64,000 nt of DNA. It comes from an uncultured Clostridia bacterium. GTDB taxonomy: Bacteria > Bacillota > Clostridia > Christensenellales > CAG-917. A program made the position numbers and the translations under genes. The notes under the pieces were generated by a model. The model did not search any database and was not told where the DNA came from. It saw nothing but the letters and a program-made list of their open reading frames with translations. This document shows positions 52,001 to 58,000 of the stretch, in pieces; position 1 is the stretch's first letter; each line of letters starts with the position of its first letter. Location: NCBI GenBank assembly GCA_947625145.1, contig CANQNC010000002.1, forward strand, positions 22,576-86,575. The letters run 5' to 3'.

Positions 52001-55000
52001 CACGACGGGCAAGAAATATTACGTCATCAAGGCGAGCAACTTCAAGACGGGCGCTGTGCCGCACGGTTGGATCTCGTGGGACTACAGCGACTTCAAGTAC
52101 AGCTGGGCAAACAGCGGCAACATCACCGTGGGCTATGACTATCAATACGGCTTGTCCAACACCATCCACGGCGAGCTGTCCATCTCCGCGTCCTCGTACG
52201 CCGTGCGCGAGCTGACTTCCATGTACAGCTCAAGCCTCGGCTTGACGGTGGACAACAAGGCGGTCGCGGGCGCTTCGCTTGCCTCCACAAGGAAGGCGGA
52301 CGGCTCCTACGACATTACGCTGACCATCGACCCCATGACAGTCGCGGCAGAGTTTACAGAGGGCGAAAAGGACCTTGCCAAGATCATCGCCAAGTTCGAC
52401 AGAGTGTCGGGCACATGGACAAGCGGCGCAAAATTCACCTCGTCCACGTCGTCGAGCGCATCGAGCGCATATTGGATGCTGAAGTGGGACCTCGGTCAGC
52501 TTGAAAAAGCGCTGGACGCCATCCGCAACGCAGGCGGCGGATATGACTATTTCAAGGGCTTGGAGGCGACGGTCACCGCGTATGTGGGCGGCAACCGCTT
52601 CAAAGTGCAGACCTTCGAGACGCAAAACGGCTTGCTGACCGAAGAGTACGGCTTTGTGGGCAACGGCGACAGCCGCTATGCAAACTCGGGCTATGTCGCG
52701 CAACCCTGCAAGGTCAAGATAGTCATGCCGTCCTATGTGTTTGACAGCATGAAGAACGACGTCACATTCGACCCGTACAGCGCGGCGTCCCTCGGCGGCG
52801 ATACTCTGTTTGCGGAAGACGCGAAAGTGGAGTTCTACACTCTGTCCGCGGAAGGGAACAAGGAAGAGCGCAGTCTCACCTACACAAAGGGCGAGGAAGT
52901 CCTCAAAGTGGAAGCTCCGTTCTTCTACAACGCGGACAGAAAGGTCTATGTCGACGCAAAGACCGCGGGCTTGAACGGACACAAGTTTGCGGACAGGGAT
53001 ATCTCTTATCTCGGCTATTCGCAGAGCGGATATCCGCTGTACGCAAAACTGACGATCGGCACCGCATTCAGCGGCTTGCAGGAGGTCTATGTCAGGATCT
53101 CCGTCCCCGAGGTCTCGCCCACTCAGACCACGCTCAACGTCTCGCACACGGATGTGTTCAACCCGCAGTGGTACAACGCGTTCGAAAGCGTGGACGTGTC
53201 CTTCAGAGGCAGAGTCTCCCACAAGATGTATCCGAGGTGGGAGGAAGCGGTCTATTATACGGACAGCGCGTGCACGAAGAAGAAGGCCGAGCAGAATATC
53301 TTCTCGGGCGGCACGATCTACGTCAAAGTGCCCGCGGCAGTCAAAGACGAGTCGACGGGCAAGGAGATAGGCTTGCTGTACAAGGGCTTGGACCAAAACG
53401 GCAGGGAAGTGTTCGAGGCGCAGACGATCACGCTCAGGCTCAACGTGGAGGCGCAACAGATCGCGTCGGCGAAGTTCTTCTACGACGCGTCCGTCGGCGA
53501 CGTCTACGGCAAGGGCAACCTTGACAGCCTCAGACAGAAACTGCTCGACAAATCCAATTACACCGCCGAAGTCTACGCGCAGTCTCATCAAAAGGACGAC
53601 GTGTGGTTCGGCATAGATCCGCTTGCCTACGCGCAAAATCCCGAGCGCTACTTCCTCACGATAGACTCCGAGCAAGACAGACTGTGGGGCGATCCCACAA
53701 AGGTCACCTCGGTGCTCATCGAGCTTGCTCCGAACGTCGCTTTCGGCGGGGACAAGTACATCAAGAACGAGGACGGCTCCTACAGCTTTGACTCGACGGG
53801 CAGCATAGGCACGTACAGAGTGGACGGCGTGGACGAAAACGGCGATCCCAAGTACGTCGAGTTGACCGAGTCGTATATCGCCTACATCTCGGCATTCGAT
53901 CTGTCCGAGTTTGCTCCGAGCAACGACGGCTTGGAGGTCACGCTTGAAGCCACGATAGGCAATCAGACCGTGGACGTCCCCGTGCATATGCCAAGCTATC
54001 ATATCACGGGTCAAACCTCGCTTGAGGGCAGCGATATGGCTGCAAGCGGAAACGCGGGCGCGGACGACGATCAACAGCTGACCCTGACCTACGACGTGTT
54101 CTCGCCATGGGGCTTGCCTACGCACGGCACTTTCCAAACCGCAGAGGGCAATGCGGAAGTCGAGTCCGACATCACGTGGGACAACGCCGCGGCGCCGAGC
54201 AAAGACGAGATAATGGGCGAGGCGGGCGATCGCTATATCCTCCGCACATACCATATGTTCGACGGCACCGCCATTCAGACCGCGGACTATACGGCGAAGA
54301 TCGTGTTGCAAGGCTATGACGATTCGATCGTCCAAGACGTCGTGCTTGACGGCTTGGAGGAGGGCGCGGCAGTCTACGAGCTGTTCGGCGACTTCCAATT
54401 CCCGACCACGGCGTCCGTATGGGTAGGCGGCGTGGAGAAGAAGAACATCCCCGTGGGTTGGCTTGACAAGTCTCAACCCACAGCGGAGGAGATCGCGGCA
54501 GGACAGTTTGTAAGGTCCTACTACGTCACCGTCAAAGACGCGGGCAGGGAAGAGCAGTACACGCGCGCCTTCACCGTCGCCATCAGAAACAGAGTCATCT
54601 TCACGGCGGAAGGCTTTGCGAACAACTCCCTCGACGGACTCTCCTTCAATCTCACCGCGCAAAACTTCTTCAACGGCTTGCCCAAGACTTCGGGAGCGCA
54701 TGTCGCGGACGTCAACGGCGGAAGCGCCACGGAAAAGTCGGGCATAAGCTTAGAATGGAGCGGAGTTTACACCACGGACGGTGCCGTCGGCATGCAAATG
54801 GTCCTTACGGCGACGGGCGGCAAGTTCGAGGGCAAGGACTTCACCACAAGCTACAACGTCGACGTGACCGTTGAGGGCAACTCCGTGCTTGCGCTCAAGG
54901 ATACTGACGAAAACGGCGGCTTGTTCCTGCTCGACGCGTACGCCGCGCTGCGTACGGACGAGAGCGGCGACGCGAACATGCTGTTTGCAAGCGGCTCGAC

Positions 55001-58000
55001 AAAGACCATCAACTCGGTCGGCGGCTCCACCGCGACAGTCAAGGCATTCTACGACTTTGCGGAGCTTGACGGCGTTGAGTCAATCGCGGACTTCTACAGG
55101 CAGATCGAGCGCTTCTTCGGCACTTCCTTCGAACTGCGCGTCACCTACGTCTACAACGGCGGCGCAAGCGATATGACGGAGGAGGGCACGATAAGGATCT
55201 ATGTGCTTGACAGAAGCGTGTCCAGACTGAAAGACGCCTCCTATCGCGCCATCACCATCGACCCGCTGATCACAAGGAACGCCGACGGCTTCAAAGCCGA
55301 GCAGCAAGTCGTGCTCGAGCAGGACGGCACCGAGGCAAGCAAAGAGGCGACGGCGTACTTCGATTGGTCCGTCATCAACAGCTATATCGCGGCAGGCACG
55401 AGCAACAGCAACTTCACGCTTAAGGCGATGATACCCGCCGTGGACAACGCAAACGGCACGTATATCCGCTTCTCTGACATCAACGGGAAGGACGGCATAG
55501 ACGAAAACACCGCGCAGTTTGCAAACAGACTGTACGGCGAGTTTGTCCTCGCCGAGGCCTACGCCGCCTATATGGCAGACAGGGAAGGCAAGGCTTACGA
55601 TTGGAGCAGATACGCTTACGGCGATCGCTATCTGCCGAGCTATCAGACCGTCAACGTGCCTCTCACGGTGTTCAACCGCAACATTCTCGGCGCCGAGTTT
55701 GTGTTTGACAACATGCTGACGCTGTATTACGACAACACCAACTACAACTCCTCCGTGCGCACCTACGTCGGAGCGGGCGAGAACGACGGCAGATACATCG
55801 ACGTGGAGTACAACCGCAACGGCATGCCCATCACAATGACCTTCTACAACAGGTTTGCGTACAGCGCGGAATCTCTGCCCAAGCAGATCAAAGTGACCTT
55901 CGAGGACGGCAACTATCAGCTGTACGACCTGACCTACGACAACCTGCCCACGGACGCGGAGATCATGGCTTCGGGTTCGACGTTCAAGACGTCGGACAGG
56001 GCAAACGGCGCGGTCAGAATGAAGCTGTCAAGCGGCGAGGATCAAATCGTGCTCAAAGTGGGCGGCGAGGAGAAGGAAGCTCTTGCCATAGACTTTGTCG
56101 TCCGCGCGGCGGCGGTCTCGGCAAACAACAGCACGCTGACCTACAACAACATGTCCTACGGCGAGAACAAGTACACCTTCGATCCTTACGTCAACGCGTG
56201 GACGGACAGCCCCTACAACACAGCGCAATATGACAAAGAGATCACCTACTATGTGGACGGTCAATTCCTCATGGCGCAGAGCTGGTGGAACGAGGGCAGG
56301 ACAATATCCCAGAGCACAACGCTGTACACATCGCTTTGGAACAAGCGCCACACCAACTACCACGTGCTCACAAAGACGGGCGAGGGCGACTTCGTTGAGG
56401 GCGCCACGGACAACGTGCGCTTCTACATCGCAAACAGGGGCGGCAGAACGTTCAGACTGTACGAGGGCAACGTCATCTACAGTTCGACGGACGGCTCCTA
56501 CAAGACGGAGAGCGACGAGGATCTGTATGTGTTCATCTACGTGACCACGCAAAAACTTTCCGCAACCTACAACGCGGACGGCCTCAGCTACACCTATATG
56601 GGCGGCGAGTTCAACATATCCGCGGCCCTCACAAGCGACGTCAGCGAGCAGGTCTCGCAGGATATCTCCTTGCCGATCGTGATCAATTCGGGCAGAATAG
56701 ATCGCGAAAACGGCTACAGTATCGCAAAGACAGCCGCGGACGAGTACAAGCTGTGGGACGAGACCGCAAACGCGTTCGTCGTGGATCCTCTCGGCACGAC
56801 AAACATCTTCGAGAGGAACAAGGGCACCTACACAGGCGACAGGTACATCCTCGACGAGTCCTCAAACGAATATGTCAAGGACGACAACGGAACCTACGGC
56901 ATTGATGGCGACAGATACTACGAGCTCAGCTACGAACAGCTCGGCGCGTACAAATATCTGCCTTCCAAGCTCACGCTGATCTCGGCGGACGGCAAGACCT
57001 TCGAGAACGTGGAAGTGCAATGGGATCTCCAAGGCGTCTCCGTCACCTTCGAGGGCGGCACCTATATCGCAAGGGCGATCGTCAACGCAAACGGCAAGTA
57101 CAACTATTCGCCTCACGGCGCGGACAGCGAGGCCGACGTCAACGACCTCGGCTCGCCGAAGATCTCCTTCACGGTGCTCGTCGCAGACAGAAGCGTGTAC
57201 GACATGGACACCTCGACGCACAACATATTCTACAATTCGAGCTCGTCCACCGGGAAGTACGTCGGTTTCCGCGGCGGCAGATCGGGCAGCGTAAACACCT
57301 CCTATGCGATCGATCCTTACAACTACACCGTGCCCGACATGTCCGACTTCACGACATTCAAGGTCAAACTGCGCGCGGCGACATTCGACGCGGACAGAGT
57401 GCAGACGGAAGAAGCGGATTCGTCCAAGATCTTCACGTTCACCACTTCGGGGACAGGATCCGGTGTGAGCGGCAAACTTGTCTGGAACATGAGCAAGTTC
57501 CGTCCCGGCTACAACGGCGGCGTGATCTACATCACCGCGGAGCTGAACTACGGCGAAGGGGAGAGCGCTGTGCATTACAGCTACGACATCCCGTTTGTCG
57601 TGTACAGGAAGCTCGTCTCGCAGGTGAGCACCAAGAAGATAGGATCGGCTCAAAGCGATCTGGCGATCGACACGTCAAACAGCTACACGAGCAACGTGGA
57701 CGCGACGGGCCTTGCGGCGACAACATACACGATCGATCCGATGAACACCAACCGCCTCACTGTCCCGAATTCCCTCAACGTGGCGTTCTCGCGTTACACG
57801 CCGTCCTACAACAGGAACACGGGCGTAGTGACTATGGGGAGCTCGGCAACAACAGAGTACAAGGTGTTCAACTACGTCATCGTCAACATGCCCTCGCACA
57901 GTTGGTCGTTCGGTTCGAGCAAAGTGACGTCATCCGAGCTCGACGGCGCGTATGCGACCATCCAGTTCAGCTCGCAACAGCGCGTCAGAGTGCCTCTTAA

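Noticed and set aside
33228-54701. Long antisense ORFs inside the giant gene (e.g. 33228-36434, 45414-48599, 52230-54701)
   Set aside because: Shadow ORFs expected from GC-rich third positions; V/H/R-rich translations without motifs or evident start signals
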